A DNA stretch of 64,000 nt from a virus. Lineage: Duplodnaviria > Caudoviricetes. A program made the position numbers and the translations under genes. Positions 44,091-54,452 of this stretch are shown here, piece after piece (position 1 is the first letter of the stretch; each line of letters opens with the position of its first letter). The stretch spans positions 523 to 64,522 of the IMG/VR virus record IMGVR_UViG_3300043399_000339; one strand, 5' to 3'. The notes under the pieces were generated by a model. It was not told the DNA's origin. It ran no database searches and worked only from the letters and a program-made list of their open reading frames with translations.

Positions 44091-44714
44091 TTAGACGCCG
44101 GTGGCGAAGTAGTACGAGTGGGCGCCTTGGTTGAACTTCACCAGGATTTCCGGGTAAGTATCCGAAGCGGTTTCAGCCACCACACCGACGATTCGCATCG
44201 CCAGGGTAGCGGTGTTGGCCAGCGAGCCGCCGTTGGCGCCAACCACGAGGTTCACACCCGAGTTGCCGGTAGCGGTGCTGCCAGCGCTGAAGTTGCCCAG
44301 CGCAGCGTTCTTGCCGATAGCGCCATCAGCGCCGTTGGTCAGGGTGCCGAAAGCGGCAGAGCCTTGGACTTGGAACACAGCGTCCGGATCGTCCACCACG
44401 CGGATGTACACGTCGGTATAGCCGCCGGTGATGGCGTTAGCCGGCAGGTACTGGGCCCAGTTGGACTGCTTGGTGGCCGGGTTCACATAGCGAACACCGA
44501 CGCACACACCGATCACGCCGGCGGTGGTGCCGGTGGTGATGGTAGCCGTCAGGGCTTGGGGGTTACCGGCCGAGGTCAGTTGGATGACGTCGCCGGCGAA
44601 GATGGCTGCCGAGTTGTTGGTCGACAGCTTGATTTCGCGGGTTGCGCCCGCGTAAGGCTGGCCACCGATCAAATTGACCGGCTTGAGCCCGTAAGGGGAA
44701 GCTACAGAAGCCAT
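44091..44714 (-). CDS. Head structural/decoration protein
   Basis: PYGLKPV...IF.GD...GV..G..Y...V.DDP...F.VQ; directly upstream of MCP. Confidence 0.75.
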   Translation of the reverse strand: MASVASPYGLKPVNLIGGQPYAGATREIKLSTNNSAAIFAGDVIQLTSAGNPQALTATITTGTTAGVIGVCVGVRYVNPATKQSNWAQYLPANAITGGYTDVYIRVVDDPDAVFQVQGSAAFGTLTNGADGAIGKNAALGNFSAGSTATGNSGVNLVVGANGGSLANTATLAMRIVGVVAETASDTYPEILVKFNQGAHSYYFATGV

Positions 44715-44729
44715 TTGTTTCTCCTAGTA

Positions 44730-45185
44730 TCAGGAACCGTTGCCGAAAGTCACCTTGGAGCGCTTCTCAGAGAAGAGCGGCATCCGAGGGTCGTTTTCAC
44801 GAAGGAAGTTATTGTCCACCGACTCCGACTGAGACCGGTTCACGTTGGAGTAATACTCTTCACGCTGGCGGACAAAGTCTTCAGGAATGCGGCAGAGAAG
44901 CAGGCCGCCAATCTCGATAGAGCCGGCGAAACGACCTTCGGTCGACGCGGCCACCATCAGCTCCGGATAGTCAGCCGCTTTGCAGGGCTCGTATCCTTCG
45001 CGCAGTTTGGCGGAAATATTGCTCGGGTCGGCAGTGCCAAGCGTACTGATGCGGACGTAACGATGGACCCAGCCCGGGCGGGGGTCAGGCATCGGGAGGG
45101 TTTCAGGCGGGCGCCATGCCGTGGGGCGTAGGGCGCGCTCGCGACTCTCCATCTCGCGGGGGGTACGGGTTTGTGCTTCAGCCAT
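44730..45185 (-). CDS. Conserved head-module protein
   Basis: W.PP..LP.P.P.PG..HR..R...REGYEP...GGLLLC. Confidence 0.75.
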   Translation of the reverse strand: MAEAQTRTPREMESRERALRPTAWRPPETLPMPDPRPGWVHRYVRISTLGTADPSNISAKLREGYEPCKAADYPELMVAASTEGRFAGSIEIGGLLLCRIPEDFVRQREEYYSNVNRSQSESVDNNFLRENDPRMPLFSEKRSKVTFGNGS

Positions 45186-46119
45186 TTTGAGCTCCATTCT
45201 TCAGTTCAGCAACCTTCTTCGCATACAACTCCAGCGGGACACCAAGGCGCTTGGCGATGGCGACTTCCGAGGCAGTCAGACGAATGCGATTGGGCGGGGT
45301 GCTACGCGCAGCAGGAGCCACGACATTAGCGGGTTTCGCACGGGGCGCCGGGGTCGGCTCCTCCGGAGTTTCTTCGCTCCCGAAATGCTCGGGGAATTTG
45401 GCCCGCATGGTGCGGTCAATCTCTTGGTAGTACCGCTCAGACGACGGACTGATGCCGCGCTCTTCAGTGAGCTCGGTGTGCAGTCCAACGGCGAATGCAG
45501 TCATGAGTCGGTTCTTTCCAAACCACTCGTTGTTTTGTTTCCAGGCTTCAGCGCGAGGATCAACTGTGGTCTTAGGTACAGATTGTGCCTCTTTTTCAAC
45601 AACTTGCAAGGGTTTCATCGAAACTGCCTTATCCAGCTTCAATGTAGCCTTCGCAATGGCTTCCTGCGCAGTAGCCAGTTTGTCCGGATCGCCTTCTTCG
45701 TAGGCATCGCGGTAGGCCCGCTTGGCAGCGGTCAGCTCAGCTTCGGCAGCCTGCTTAGACTGCTCGATGTACACCTGACTGCCGGACGCCAGCTGCTCCT
45801 GCAGCTTGCGGTTCTCGTCCACCAGTTGCTTGGCCAGCTGCTCGGCCGCTTCACGCTCGCGCAGGGCTTGCTCTTTCGCACGACGCTCGTCGTGGTAGCC
45901 GCGGGTGAACTTCTTGATGCGCTTCTGCACCTTCTCGTCGTAGGCAGCCAGCTCGTCGTCGCTGACCTCCTCCGGGGGTTCGGCCGGCGTGCGGCCGCGG
46001 TCGGGCTCGGGGGTGTCATCCACCACCTCGATCTCAAACTGCTCCTCGGAGGTAGTACCGGCACCTTCAGCGCCTTGTTCGTCCGGGAACTTGAATTCTT
46101 CGCCTTGGAATCTAGACAT
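45178..46119 (-). CDS. Scaffolding protein (putative)
   Basis: Acidic coiled coil; W...N.WFG; LT.SEV.IA.RLGV.LE.YA. Confidence 0.75.
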   Translation of the reverse strand: MSRFQGEEFKFPDEQGAEGAGTTSEEQFEIEVVDDTPEPDRGRTPAEPPEEVSDDELAAYDEKVQKRIKKFTRGYHDERRAKEQALREREAAEQLAKQLVDENRKLQEQLASGSQVYIEQSKQAAEAELTAAKRAYRDAYEEGDPDKLATAQEAIAKATLKLDKAVSMKPLQVVEKEAQSVPKTTVDPRAEAWKQNNEWFGKNRLMTAFAVGLHTELTEERGISPSSERYYQEIDRTMRAKFPEHFGSEETPEEPTPAPRAKPANVVAPAARSTPPNRIRLTASEVAIAKRLGVPLELYAKKVAELKNGAQNG

Positions 46120-46130
46120 GGTTGTCTCCT

Positions 46131-46646
46131 TCAAGCACCAAAAAATCTATCCGAGTGTTTGTTAGACTTCTTTCGATTCCACAAACCCGGCACGACTTGA
46201 ATATTACTGGCTTCGCTAGTACCTCCTAAGCTAATAGGAACTACATGATCTACATGCCACTCTCCGCCGAGCGCATTTGCGCGTAGCTTGCACAAATGTA
46301 CAGCTTCAGCTAAAACAAACTTATCAAACACTGACATAGCTGAGTCTGCAGCACGTTTTTTCAGCTGGTAAGTTAGCCTAGCAACCTTTCTAGCCGTGCT
46401 TAATGGCTTAGCTGCTCGTTTAGCCTCTGTTTTAGCGCGGCCTCCAGAAGCAATATAAGCCAAGTCCTCTTTTCGCTTTTGGGCTTTGCCCTTAGAAGAA
46501 GCGTAATACTTGACTTTGATCTCTCTAGCTCGCTCTGGGTCCGCAGCTCTTCGTGCGGCCGCCGCGGCTACTAGCCGGTCTCGGTTAGCCTCGTAGTACC
46601 GAGCCCATCGCTCGGCAGCTTTGGCTTTCTTTTCTTCCGGGGTCAT
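46131..46646 (-). CDS. Freestanding HNH endonuclease
   Basis: WHVDHVVP...GG....NIQV....N..K.NK; more AT-rich than neighbours. Confidence 0.85.
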   Translation of the reverse strand: MTPEEKKAKAAERWARYYEANRDRLVAAAAARRAADPERAREIKVKYYASSKGKAQKRKEDLAYIASGGRAKTEAKRAAKPLSTARKVARLTYQLKKRAADSAMSVFDKFVLAEAVHLCKLRANALGGEWHVDHVVPISLGGTSEASNIQVVPGLWNRKKSNKHSDRFFGA

Positions 46647-47044
46647 GCGCGCTGCACCCCTCTCGGGTCCTCGACCACTGCCTCGACGCTGTCATCGTTG
46701 ATGATGCGCCATTCGGTGCCGTGAATCTTCAGGCGGGTGCCCGAGTTTGGACGGACGATGACGAAGTCACCTTCCTTGCACGACGGGCCCGAGGGGAAGC
46801 GCTTTTTGTCCTTGAATGCGTCTGGGCCGAGCTTGACCACAAACAGCACAGGGGTCAGGAGCTCTTCGTACTCGGCAGTCTTGTCGGCCTTGATGAGGCC
46901 GCTGTCGAACGTCTCTTCAGCCTTGGGCACCATGCACAGTAGGTGGTACGTTTTCGGCTCTGGCAGTTGCTTGGCTTTCTCTTGCTGCGACGCAGTGACC
47001 AATTTCGATAGGTCGACGGCGAGCGCCGGGTTGATGTCAGTCAT
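46643..47044 (-). CDS. groES: Co-chaperonin GroES-like protein
   Basis: SGLI...V.KLGPDA...GD.V....SGT.....G...RIINDD.V.AV. Confidence 0.85.
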   Translation of the reverse strand: MTDINPALAVDLSKLVTASQQEKAKQLPEPKTYHLLCMVPKAEETFDSGLIKADKTAEYEELLTPVLFVVKLGPDAFKDKKRFPSGPSCKEGDFVIVRPNSGTRLKIHGTEWRIINDDSVEAVVEDPRGVQRA

Positions 47045-47228
47045 CCGAATTCTCCAGTTTTTGCACGAGGTCTTTGGTAATAGACTCAGCTAGCGTTAGA
47101 CCCCGGATAACGCCAGTCAAGTGTTTATATTCTTCGTAGCCAGCGACTTTCCCCGCTAGGACAGCCTGTTCGTACGAGGCTTTGCTCTCACGCAGTTCTT
47201 TCAATACGATGTCTAGCGGGGTTTTCAT
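47037..47228 (-). CDS. Small conserved protein downstream of portal
   Basis: YEEYK..TG.IRGL..A; AAGGAG RBS. Confidence 0.75.
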   Translation of the reverse strand: MKTPLDIVLKELRESKASYEQAVLAGKVAGYEEYKHLTGVIRGLTLAESITKDLVQKLENSDD

Positions 47229-47231
47229 AGT

Positions 47232-49691
47232 TTACTCCTTGGTGGGAGTCTGTTTCTGTTGTTGGCGCGCCTGGGCCACCTGCACACCGATCTGGGCGCC
47301 GGCAATCTGCTCTTTCGAGGCGCGATTGGCCTTGTCGGATGCGATCTTGGCGCCGACCTGCAGCCCGCTCACGCGTGCTTGCACTGCGATGCGGTCGCGC
47401 TCGATGCCAATCTTGTCAGCCGTGGCGGCCGCGTCGATCTGCAGTTTCTTCTCTTTGAGCGCCATCTCGCGCTCTTTGAGCTGCATCTCGCGCATCTGGA
47501 GCTGCATCACCGGGTCCTGCATCTGCTGCTGAGCTGCCGCTTGCGCTACTTCGGCCTGATTCTTCTGGGTCGCGCGCTGCGCCGCTTGGGCTGCCATCTG
47601 CGCTACCTTGGCCGCCGTCGCCGGGTCCATGTTCTCGGTCTCTTCCTCGGTCGGCAGAGGCATACCAAGCTGCGCCTCGACTTGCTTGCGGTACTCAAAC
47701 GCCACGTGCTCGTTGATGTGCGCCATCATGGCCGCCTGCATCTGCTGCGCCATCGGGCTCTGGCCGATAACCTGCACCAGCTTGGGGTCCTGCATGGCCG
47801 ACATGTGCACCGCGAGGTGCGCCGCGTGGTCCTGCTCGATGAACGCCTTGACGGGCTTGCCGTTGATGATGTTCATGTTCTCCTGCACCGGGTCGATCGG
47901 CTTCTGGTCGTCCTCGATTGGCACCAGTTTGGCGGCATTCTTCACGCCCAGCGTCTCGATCATCTGGCGGTGCAGCAGCGGCAGGTTGTACAGCTGCGGG
48001 GCGCCCTGCGCCAGTTGCAGCACTGCTTGGTACTGCACAATCTTCTGCGCCATGGTGGCGGCGTTCGGGTCGCTGACCGGGATCACCTCGACGGCGTCGT
48101 AGTCACTGCGGCGAGCCTTGCGCGAGCCCTCTTCAGGGTCGTATGCGTATTCTTCGTCAGTGTTGTCTGCGATGATGCCCTTGAGCAGGCGGAACTCCTG
48201 CCGCATGGCGTAGTGCAGTCGGGCTTGCACCGCGGTCATGACCTTGAGCATGCGCTCCAGCAGCGCCAGCGTGGTGCCCACAGGAGCTTGGCTGGACATG
48301 TCGCTGACGTTGAGGTCGCCCGCCGATGCGAACGCTCGACCTTCCTGCACGATGTTCTGGAACAGCGTGTACAGCACCTGAGACGGCTCTTTGTACGGCA
48401 GCGGCAGGATGTTGTCGCGGATCGAGCCAGAGGCCAAGTCCACGTCGCGGAACTCGCCCGGGGCAATCGGCGTGTCGTCACCCTTGATACGGAGCCCGCG
48501 GGCCTTGAGGCCGCCAGGGAGGTTGGCCAGAGTACCAGCATCAACCAGCTGGCGCACCAGCAAAGTAGCGGACTTGACATACCCGCCGATCAGGTGGATC
48601 AGGCCATAGCCGTAAAAGCCGAACCCTGGCACGTACTGATAGTGCACGAAGTGCTGGCGCTTCATCTTGAGCTCGTCGTCTTCGTACCAGTTGCGGCGGA
48701 TGGCCAAGACTTTGCCAGAGGTTTTCTCGATAGTCACCACGTACGGCAGCGCGATGCCGGTGGGCTCACCGTTCTCGTCCTTGTCCTCATAGCCCGGCAG
48801 GTCGAGCTCGACGTGCATCTCCAGCACGCGGAACCGGTCGTCGCTGATGGCAGACATGCCCTGCTCTTCGGCTTTCTGACGCTCGATGTCGTCCAGCACG
48901 GAGGTGGGCTCGCCCAGCTCGATGTCGCGGTAGAACCCCTTGTTCTGCAGTCGGACCAGCTCATTCTTGGTCTTGCGCATGATGTGCGTGACCCGCGGAG
49001 CAGACTCCAGACTGGAGGCGCCGTACGGCACCACAATGTCCTCGGCCGGGATGAACATGGCCATCTGGCGGCCCCGGCTGGGGTCGTAGTACACCTTCTT
49101 GAACGCGCTGCCGGCCAGCGGCAAGTTCCACAGCAGCTTCTCGTGCTCCGGGCGGTACTCCTGCATCACCTCGGTGAGCTGATAGTTCATGTCATCGCGC
49201 ACGCGCACGCTGGCGTCCATCTTCTCGGTCGTCTCTTTTCCGACGATCTGAGTCTTGACTGGGCCTGCCGCGGGGAAGGTTTCGGTGATGGCCTCGCTTT
49301 GGAACCGGACCACCGCCTCAGTCAGCATCGGGTGGAACACGCCGCAGGCGCCGTCCCATGGCTCCGTGCGCTCCTCGTACTTCAGGCCGAGCAGCTTTAG
49401 GCCCTCGACATACGTCTGGGCCCACTCCTTCCGGTCAGAGCAGTCCTTGTCGAAGTCCTCGATCAAGTCGGAGGCCAGCACGGAAAGTGCCGTCTCAGGC
49501 ATGAACTCGGCTAGGTTGGCGTCAAACTCCGATGCACCTTCCGCCTCGTCGCTTGGGCTGATCTCCACCTCCAGGCCATCAAGCTGCAGCTCTACCTCAT
49601 CGGGAGCAATCTCGATCTCCAGAGGGCTATCCCCCTGCGCAGCGACCATGATGCCTTCCGGGGCGCTGTACAAACTTTTTTCGATGGCCAT
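47232..49691 (-). CDS. Portal protein
   Basis: PW.GA.GV.HP.L.EA..FQ; GS.FKKVYYD; GFYG.GLIH; PVGTTLALLE; located after terminase. Confidence 0.9.
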   Translation of the reverse strand: MAIEKSLYSAPEGIMVAAQGDSPLEIEIAPDEVELQLDGLEVEISPSDEAEGASEFDANLAEFMPETALSVLASDLIEDFDKDCSDRKEWAQTYVEGLKLLGLKYEERTEPWDGACGVFHPMLTEAVVRFQSEAITETFPAAGPVKTQIVGKETTEKMDASVRVRDDMNYQLTEVMQEYRPEHEKLLWNLPLAGSAFKKVYYDPSRGRQMAMFIPAEDIVVPYGASSLESAPRVTHIMRKTKNELVRLQNKGFYRDIELGEPTSVLDDIERQKAEEQGMSAISDDRFRVLEMHVELDLPGYEDKDENGEPTGIALPYVVTIEKTSGKVLAIRRNWYEDDELKMKRQHFVHYQYVPGFGFYGYGLIHLIGGYVKSATLLVRQLVDAGTLANLPGGLKARGLRIKGDDTPIAPGEFRDVDLASGSIRDNILPLPYKEPSQVLYTLFQNIVQEGRAFASAGDLNVSDMSSQAPVGTTLALLERMLKVMTAVQARLHYAMRQEFRLLKGIIADNTDEEYAYDPEEGSRKARRSDYDAVEVIPVSDPNAATMAQKIVQYQAVLQLAQGAPQLYNLPLLHRQMIETLGVKNAAKLVPIEDDQKPIDPVQENMNIINGKPVKAFIEQDHAAHLAVHMSAMQDPKLVQVIGQSPMAQQMQAAMMAHINEHVAFEYRKQVEAQLGMPLPTEEETENMDPATAAKVAQMAAQAAQRATQKNQAEVAQAAAQQQMQDPVMQLQMREMQLKEREMALKEKKLQIDAAATADKIGIERDRIAVQARVSGLQVGAKIASDKANRASKEQIAGAQIGVQVAQARQQQKQTPTKE

Positions 49692-49740
49692 AGCCGGTTC
49701 CTTGTGGTAAACTGTCCCCGCGTCATCAACGGAGCGCTTT

Positions 49741-51384
49741 GTGCCAAAAAAACTGAACACCCTTGATTTCATAGCCGCTGCCAGGGCCAAGCACGGCGGC
49801 AGGTACGACTATACGCGCGTCGCGTACGAAAACCGCCAGACACCAGTCACGATTGTATGCTCGAAGCACGGCGCGTTTACACAAATGCCTGCCGATCATA
49901 TTCATTCTGGCGCCGGCTGCCCGACATGCTCGGGCAATACCAAGCTCACGCTGGAGCGGTTTGTGTCGGAGTGCACGGAGCTCCATGCCGGTCGGTACGA
50001 CTACTCTAAGGTTGTTGTGGTCAACAACACAACCGAAGTGGAAATTGTCTGCAGCGTCCACGGCTCGTTCTGGCAGCAGCCGAAACTGCATAGAAAAGGT
50101 CGCGGGTGCCCGAAATGCGCGGGGGTTGCAAAAAAAGATACCGCTGAGTTCATCCGAATAGCTACGCTCGCCCATGGAAACCGGTACGACTACTCCAAAA
50201 CTAACTACGTGGGCGCCCGCGATAAAGTTACTATCATATGCCGGGTTCATGGCGCGTTTGAACAAATAGCCAGCGTTCACTACAAAGGGGGTAACTGCCC
50301 AGTTTGCAGTAAGTCGGTGGCCCCTAGAAAAGCTGCGGCTGAGCGATTTGAGCGCGCCCAGGCTGGAATCTTGGCTCGCGGACTTCCGTACGCCTATGAG
50401 TTCCCGAGCGACGCAAACGAGCATAGCTACATAGCGATCGTATGTGACAAGGGGCACAAGTTTACGCAGCGCGCAGACGGCGCTAAACGATATGGCTGCC
50501 CCACCTGCGCCGGCCGAAACTCCGCCGGTGAGGCTGAAGTCCGCGCGTTTGTGGAAAGCCTGGGCGTAACTACGGTGCGAACGCGCAAAGTCATACCCCC
50601 CACGGAGCTTGACATCTGGTGCCCCGAACAAAAAGTTGGGTTCGAGTACAACGGGTTGTACTGGCACTCTGACGCCCGTAGCCCGGACCGCAACCGCCAC
50701 AAGGACAAGTCGGACGCTGTGCGCGCCGCCGGCGGCGAGCTTGTGCATATCTGGTCTGACGACTGGGCCCTGCGCCGCACAGCTGTGGAGCACATGATCC
50801 GAGCCAAACTCGGCAGGCTCCCTTCGGTTGGCGCCCGAACGTGCGAAGTGCGACCAGTGCCCGCGGATACGGCTCGGTCCTTTCTGGAGACCTACCACCT
50901 GCAGGGTTGGGCCAGTGCTGACTACATCGGGCTGTGGCGTGGGGGAGAACTCTTGGCCTGCATGGGGTTCGCGGTAGCCCGCAGCATTCGAGGGAACACC
51001 GACCCGTCTGTGTTTGAGCTTGTGCGGTACGCTGCGAAGGTGCGCGTAGCCGGCGGTGGCAGCCGCTTGTTGGCTGCGTGGAAAGCAAAGGGGCTGGACT
51101 GGACCAGACTTGTTACCTACTGCGATCTGGCGCAGTTCACTGGCGGTCTGTACGTCGGCATGGGGTTCAAAGAGACCGCTCGGTACGGCGCTGACTACAA
51201 GATTCTCCGGGCCGGCTACGACCGGCGCCTGCACAAGTCGGCGGTGCAAAAAACCAAACTCAAGACACTCCTCGGAGACAAGTTCGACCCTAGCAAGACT
51301 GAAGCCCAGCTGTGCGCGGAGAACCATATCTTCCGTGTCTGGGACTGCGGCCGGGTGCGGTACGAGCTGGCTCATACTGTATAG
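49741..51384 (+). CDS. Second Hef-like endonuclease (DUF723 repeats + nuclease + GNAT-like), antisense between terminase and portal
   Basis: Repeated YDYS.V.Y...V.I.C..HG.F.Q....H..G.GCP.C; LDIWCPE...FEYNGLYWH; GGGSRLL..TYCD...G.LY..MGF; WDCG. Confidence 0.82.
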   Translation: MPKKLNTLDFIAAARAKHGGRYDYTRVAYENRQTPVTIVCSKHGAFTQMPADHIHSGAGCPTCSGNTKLTLERFVSECTELHAGRYDYSKVVVVNNTTEVEIVCSVHGSFWQQPKLHRKGRGCPKCAGVAKKDTAEFIRIATLAHGNRYDYSKTNYVGARDKVTIICRVHGAFEQIASVHYKGGNCPVCSKSVAPRKAAAERFERAQAGILARGLPYAYEFPSDANEHSYIAIVCDKGHKFTQRADGAKRYGCPTCAGRNSAGEAEVRAFVESLGVTTVRTRKVIPPTELDIWCPEQKVGFEYNGLYWHSDARSPDRNRHKDKSDAVRAAGGELVHIWSDDWALRRTAVEHMIRAKLGRLPSVGARTCEVRPVPADTARSFLETYHLQGWASADYIGLWRGGELLACMGFAVARSIRGNTDPSVFELVRYAAKVRVAGGGSRLLAAWKAKGLDWTRLVTYCDLAQFTGGLYVGMGFKETARYGADYKILRAGYDRRLHKSAVQKTKLKTLLGDKFDPSKTEAQLCAENHIFRVWDCGRVRYELAHTV

Positions 51385-52886
51385 GCTCCCTTGCGCGGCA
51401 TCCGCGGCGAGTCCTCTTCGATGTGGTCCGTGTGCAGGCGCAGCAGGCCACCCATCCGAGCGCGGCGCAGCGCGAGCGTCAACGCGTCAACTTGGTCGTC
51501 GTGCTCCGAAGATGGGAAGGCCAGCAGCTCCTCAACCACGTCGTTGGCCCATGGCGTCTCCGGGAACCACACGTGCCCGGCCGAGAACAAGTCAGCCACC
51601 GCGTTAAGCCGTGCGATCTTGTCGTTGCCTTTGCCCGGGCTGAAGTCTTGCACGAAGATACCCGAGCGCCGCATCTCGTCGATCAGCGGCTGCCCGCTGG
51701 CTTTGGCCTCCACGATCACGCTGTCGGGCGACCACTCTGCATACTGGTGGTGTGCCTCGGCCTTGAGGTCCGGGAACTCCCACTTGCCCTTGGCGCTGTT
51801 GAGCAGTATCAGGTTGGTCGAGCCGTCGTCCTCGCTCGTCCAGACACCCCATGTCTGGCACACAGACCAGTCCGAGCGCTGCTTGGTCGTCAGGGCCGTA
51901 TCCCAGGACTGGATGATGAACTCCACTGCCGGAGGTGTGCGGTGCGGCCACCACCTGATCCACTCACGCTTGACGATTGCCGACTCGGCAGCCGTCGGAT
52001 TCTGCTGGTACTGCGCGTTCCACTGCCACAACGGCATGGACGCCTTGGTCCGCAGGAGCGACTCCAGAGACCACTGCTCCGGCCACAGTGACTTCTGATC
52101 GTCGGAGTTTTCGTTGAGGATGGCAGGGAACTCAAACACCTCGTACTGGTCAGCGTCGGGTGCCAGTGCGGCGTCCTTGACCAAGCGCCCGATCAGGTCC
52201 CGCTGGTGCCAGCGAGTATGGAGGATACAGATTTTGCCTCCGGGCATTAGACGAGTACGCAAGCCCGATCGGAACCATTCGTACGTGACGTCCAGGGAGT
52301 CAGTATTACCAGCCTTGATGTCCTGTTCAGATAAGGGGTCGTCGACGATGATTAGGTGGCCACCGCGGCCGGCAAGCGCACCGCCGGTACCTACAGCGTA
52401 GTATTCGCCGCCCTGGTTGGTGTTCCACTTGCCTGCAGCCTTCGCGTCGCCGGCAATCCGCACCCCAGGAAAAATCTTCTGGTACTCCTCGGTCTGCATC
52501 AGGTTTCTCACCTTGCGGGCCATGTCGATAGCCAAATCTGCAGTGTGCGAGGCCACAATGACCTTGTGGTCGGGGTTCCTACCCAGGTACCAAGCCGGGT
52601 AGTAGATGGAAATCATCTGCGATTTGCCGAACCGGGGCGCCATACTGACCGCGATGCGGTCTTTTTTGCCCGATTCCACCTCGATCAGCAGCCGTCCGAG
52701 GCGTTTTAGGTGCGATCCGAACTTGTAGGTGCGGTCAATCAGGGCCACGAATGCCAAAAAGTCCGCTTGAGCTGCAGCGACACGCTTCCTCGACTCCAAC
52801 TCGTCGATCATCGCGATCATGTCGGCCATTTCCTTGGGGCTCAACCCCCGCAGAATGGCGTCAAGACTGGGTTTTACCAGTTCCAT
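51372..52886 (-). CDS. terL: Terminase large subunit
   Basis: APRFGKS Walker A; LIIVDDP; TRWH..DL; YQQ.P; WDTA; IVEAKASG; HDDQVDA. Confidence 0.95.
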   Translation of the reverse strand: MELVKPSLDAILRGLSPKEMADMIAMIDELESRKRVAAAQADFLAFVALIDRTYKFGSHLKRLGRLLIEVESGKKDRIAVSMAPRFGKSQMISIYYPAWYLGRNPDHKVIVASHTADLAIDMARKVRNLMQTEEYQKIFPGVRIAGDAKAAGKWNTNQGGEYYAVGTGGALAGRGGHLIIVDDPLSEQDIKAGNTDSLDVTYEWFRSGLRTRLMPGGKICILHTRWHQRDLIGRLVKDAALAPDADQYEVFEFPAILNENSDDQKSLWPEQWSLESLLRTKASMPLWQWNAQYQQNPTAAESAIVKREWIRWWPHRTPPAVEFIIQSWDTALTTKQRSDWSVCQTWGVWTSEDDGSTNLILLNSAKGKWEFPDLKAEAHHQYAEWSPDSVIVEAKASGQPLIDEMRRSGIFVQDFSPGKGNDKIARLNAVADLFSAGHVWFPETPWANDVVEELLAFPSSEHDDQVDALTLALRRARMGGLLRLHTDHIEEDSPRMPRKGAYTV

Positions 52887-53433
52887 CGCTGAAAAGGTCG
52901 TCGGTAGACAGGTCCAAGGGCTGTGCTGGGTCCTCGGAAGGTGGCACGACGTAGGTTTCCGCCGTAATCACCTTGGTCAACCGCTCCCGCAGCAGCTGCT
53001 CCAGCTCCTCGGTCGGCCTATGGCGCATGGTGATCTCGGTTTTCTCCGTGAACAGCCCGACGTCGCTGATTTTGCCCAGCAGTTCGAGCGCCTTGATGCG
53101 GATACGCGGGTCAGGAGACTCGGTTTCGAGCAGCAGCCGGTTAGTCACGAAGGTGCGAATCTGGGATGCAGACTCCACCACCGCCTTGTCGTACTCCGAC
53201 AAGAGCGCCTTGAGATGCACGACAGTGCCTGGGCTGGACAAAAGGACTTCCGAGGGTTTGGTGGCGCCGGTGGCGACCGCTTGGGCCGCTTCTATGTCTG
53301 CGTCAGACACGGCAACGTCGCAGTTTAGCTCCGCAATGGACGCAAATGCAGCATCCACCCGCGACTGCAGGTCTGCAAACGTAGGCGGGGTATCCACCAA
53401 CGGGATGTCAGTCTCGAACACAGGTGTGTGCAT
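52861..53433 (-). CDS. Terminase small subunit (putative)
   Basis: Directly upstream of TerL; RIKALELLGK...VGLF.E. Confidence 0.75.
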   Translation of the reverse strand: MHTPVFETDIPLVDTPPTFADLQSRVDAAFASIAELNCDVAVSDADIEAAQAVATGATKPSEVLLSSPGTVVHLKALLSEYDKAVVESASQIRTFVTNRLLLETESPDPRIRIKALELLGKISDVGLFTEKTEITMRHRPTEELEQLLRERLTKVITAETYVVPPSEDPAQPLDLSTDDLFSDGTGKTQS

Positions 53434-53581
53434 AGGCAACCAGTAACGGTGAGTTTGCAGTGTAGCAAATTTTTTGACAGGGGCTTGTTTTTTTGCAAGG
53501 GGGTGGGTTCCCCAGGAGCCGGCCGGAGAGATGGTGGGCGGAAATCGCAGGGGGTGGGGGGTGTTTTTGGCTTGTAGTTGG

Positions 53582-53668
53582 CTTTGTTCAGTTATGGCTT
53601 GCGGCCGTTTACTTTGTTCAGTTATGTCTTGTCGTGGACTTTGTCTAGTTATGTCTTGTCGTGGACTT
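53582..53668. repeat. Three tandem ~27-30 bp direct repeats upstream of TerS
   Basis: CTTTGT(TC/CT)AGTTATG(G/T)CTTG at 53582, 53612, 53639. Confidence 0.8.
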
Positions 53669-53776
53669 CGGGGGTACAAAACTCAGTGTATGTGCAGGTG
53701 GGGGGACCCATTTAAAAATCCGCCCTCCCCCATACCCCTACCCTCCGCCCAGTTAGCGTTGTAAGCCCCCACCCTA

Positions 53777-53805
53777 TTGACATTAGTTAGCCTTTCGGTT
53801 ACATT
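53777..53805 (+). promoter_or_regulatory. Sigma70-type promoter
   Basis: TTGACA-17-TACATT, followed by palindrome 53836-53851. Confidence 0.7.
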
Positions 53806-53873
53806 ACATATGCGCCATGCGTTATGGTGCAACTTGATCTAACGTTAGATCGTTCAACCCAACGGAGTCTTAT

Positions 53874-54452
53874 ATGTCTATCCCCTCTTTTGAATCCGCC
53901 GCCGTCGTCATCGTTGAGTCGTTCGCTCATCTGGATGAAGCGGCCAGCCGGCATGCCGACACTGAGCGCGCCGCTGTTCAAACCTATCTTGACGCGTGCC
54001 GCGCGGCGGGTGTGCCCGCCGATCAAGCGAACGTGGTCGCCATCGGCGAGGAGATTCGCGGAAGCCAAGCATTTGTTGACGCGATCGCTGAAGGCTTGCT
54101 TGAAGCCAAAACCGTAACGGAATATGCGCAAAGCGCGATGCGCGCCTACTTTCACAATGTCCCGTTCACGAAGCGACTCAAGAACGTGTCCGAAATGGCT
54201 TTGCCTTGGAGCAAGAAGAAGGCAAGTGCCGCACCCGCGAAGAAGGCAAAGAGCGCCGCACCTGCTGCCGATCTGCCGGCCGCGCCCGATATGACCCCAC
54301 ACGACGAAGCCGACGGGCGCGCTTATGTGCTGGCACAGTCCAAGGCCCTTACCGCATGGGCTAACGCGAACATGAAAACGCTGGACCTGCAAACCCGCGA
54401 AGTGGTGGAACATTTCGCACGCGCGGCCGCGTATCTTGCGAAGAAGGATTGA
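53874..54452 (+). CDS. Hypothetical protein (own promoter and terminators)
   Basis: GGAG RBS; 192 aa; flanked by palindromic sites on both sides. Confidence 0.75.
   Translation: MSIPSFESAAVVIVESFAHLDEAASRHADTERAAVQTYLDACRAAGVPADQANVVAIGEEIRGSQAFVDAIAEGLLEAKTVTEYAQSAMRAYFHNVPFTKRLKNVSEMALPWSKKKASAAPAKKAKSAAPAADLPAAPDMTPHDEADGRAYVLAQSKALTAWANANMKTLDLQTREVVEHFARAAAYLAKKD

Noticed and set aside
47259-49400. 713-aa + strand ORF and similar long antisense ORFs (20683, 25667, 34288, 43283)
   Set aside because: They are antisense shadows of high-GC3 genes and have no recognisable motifs.
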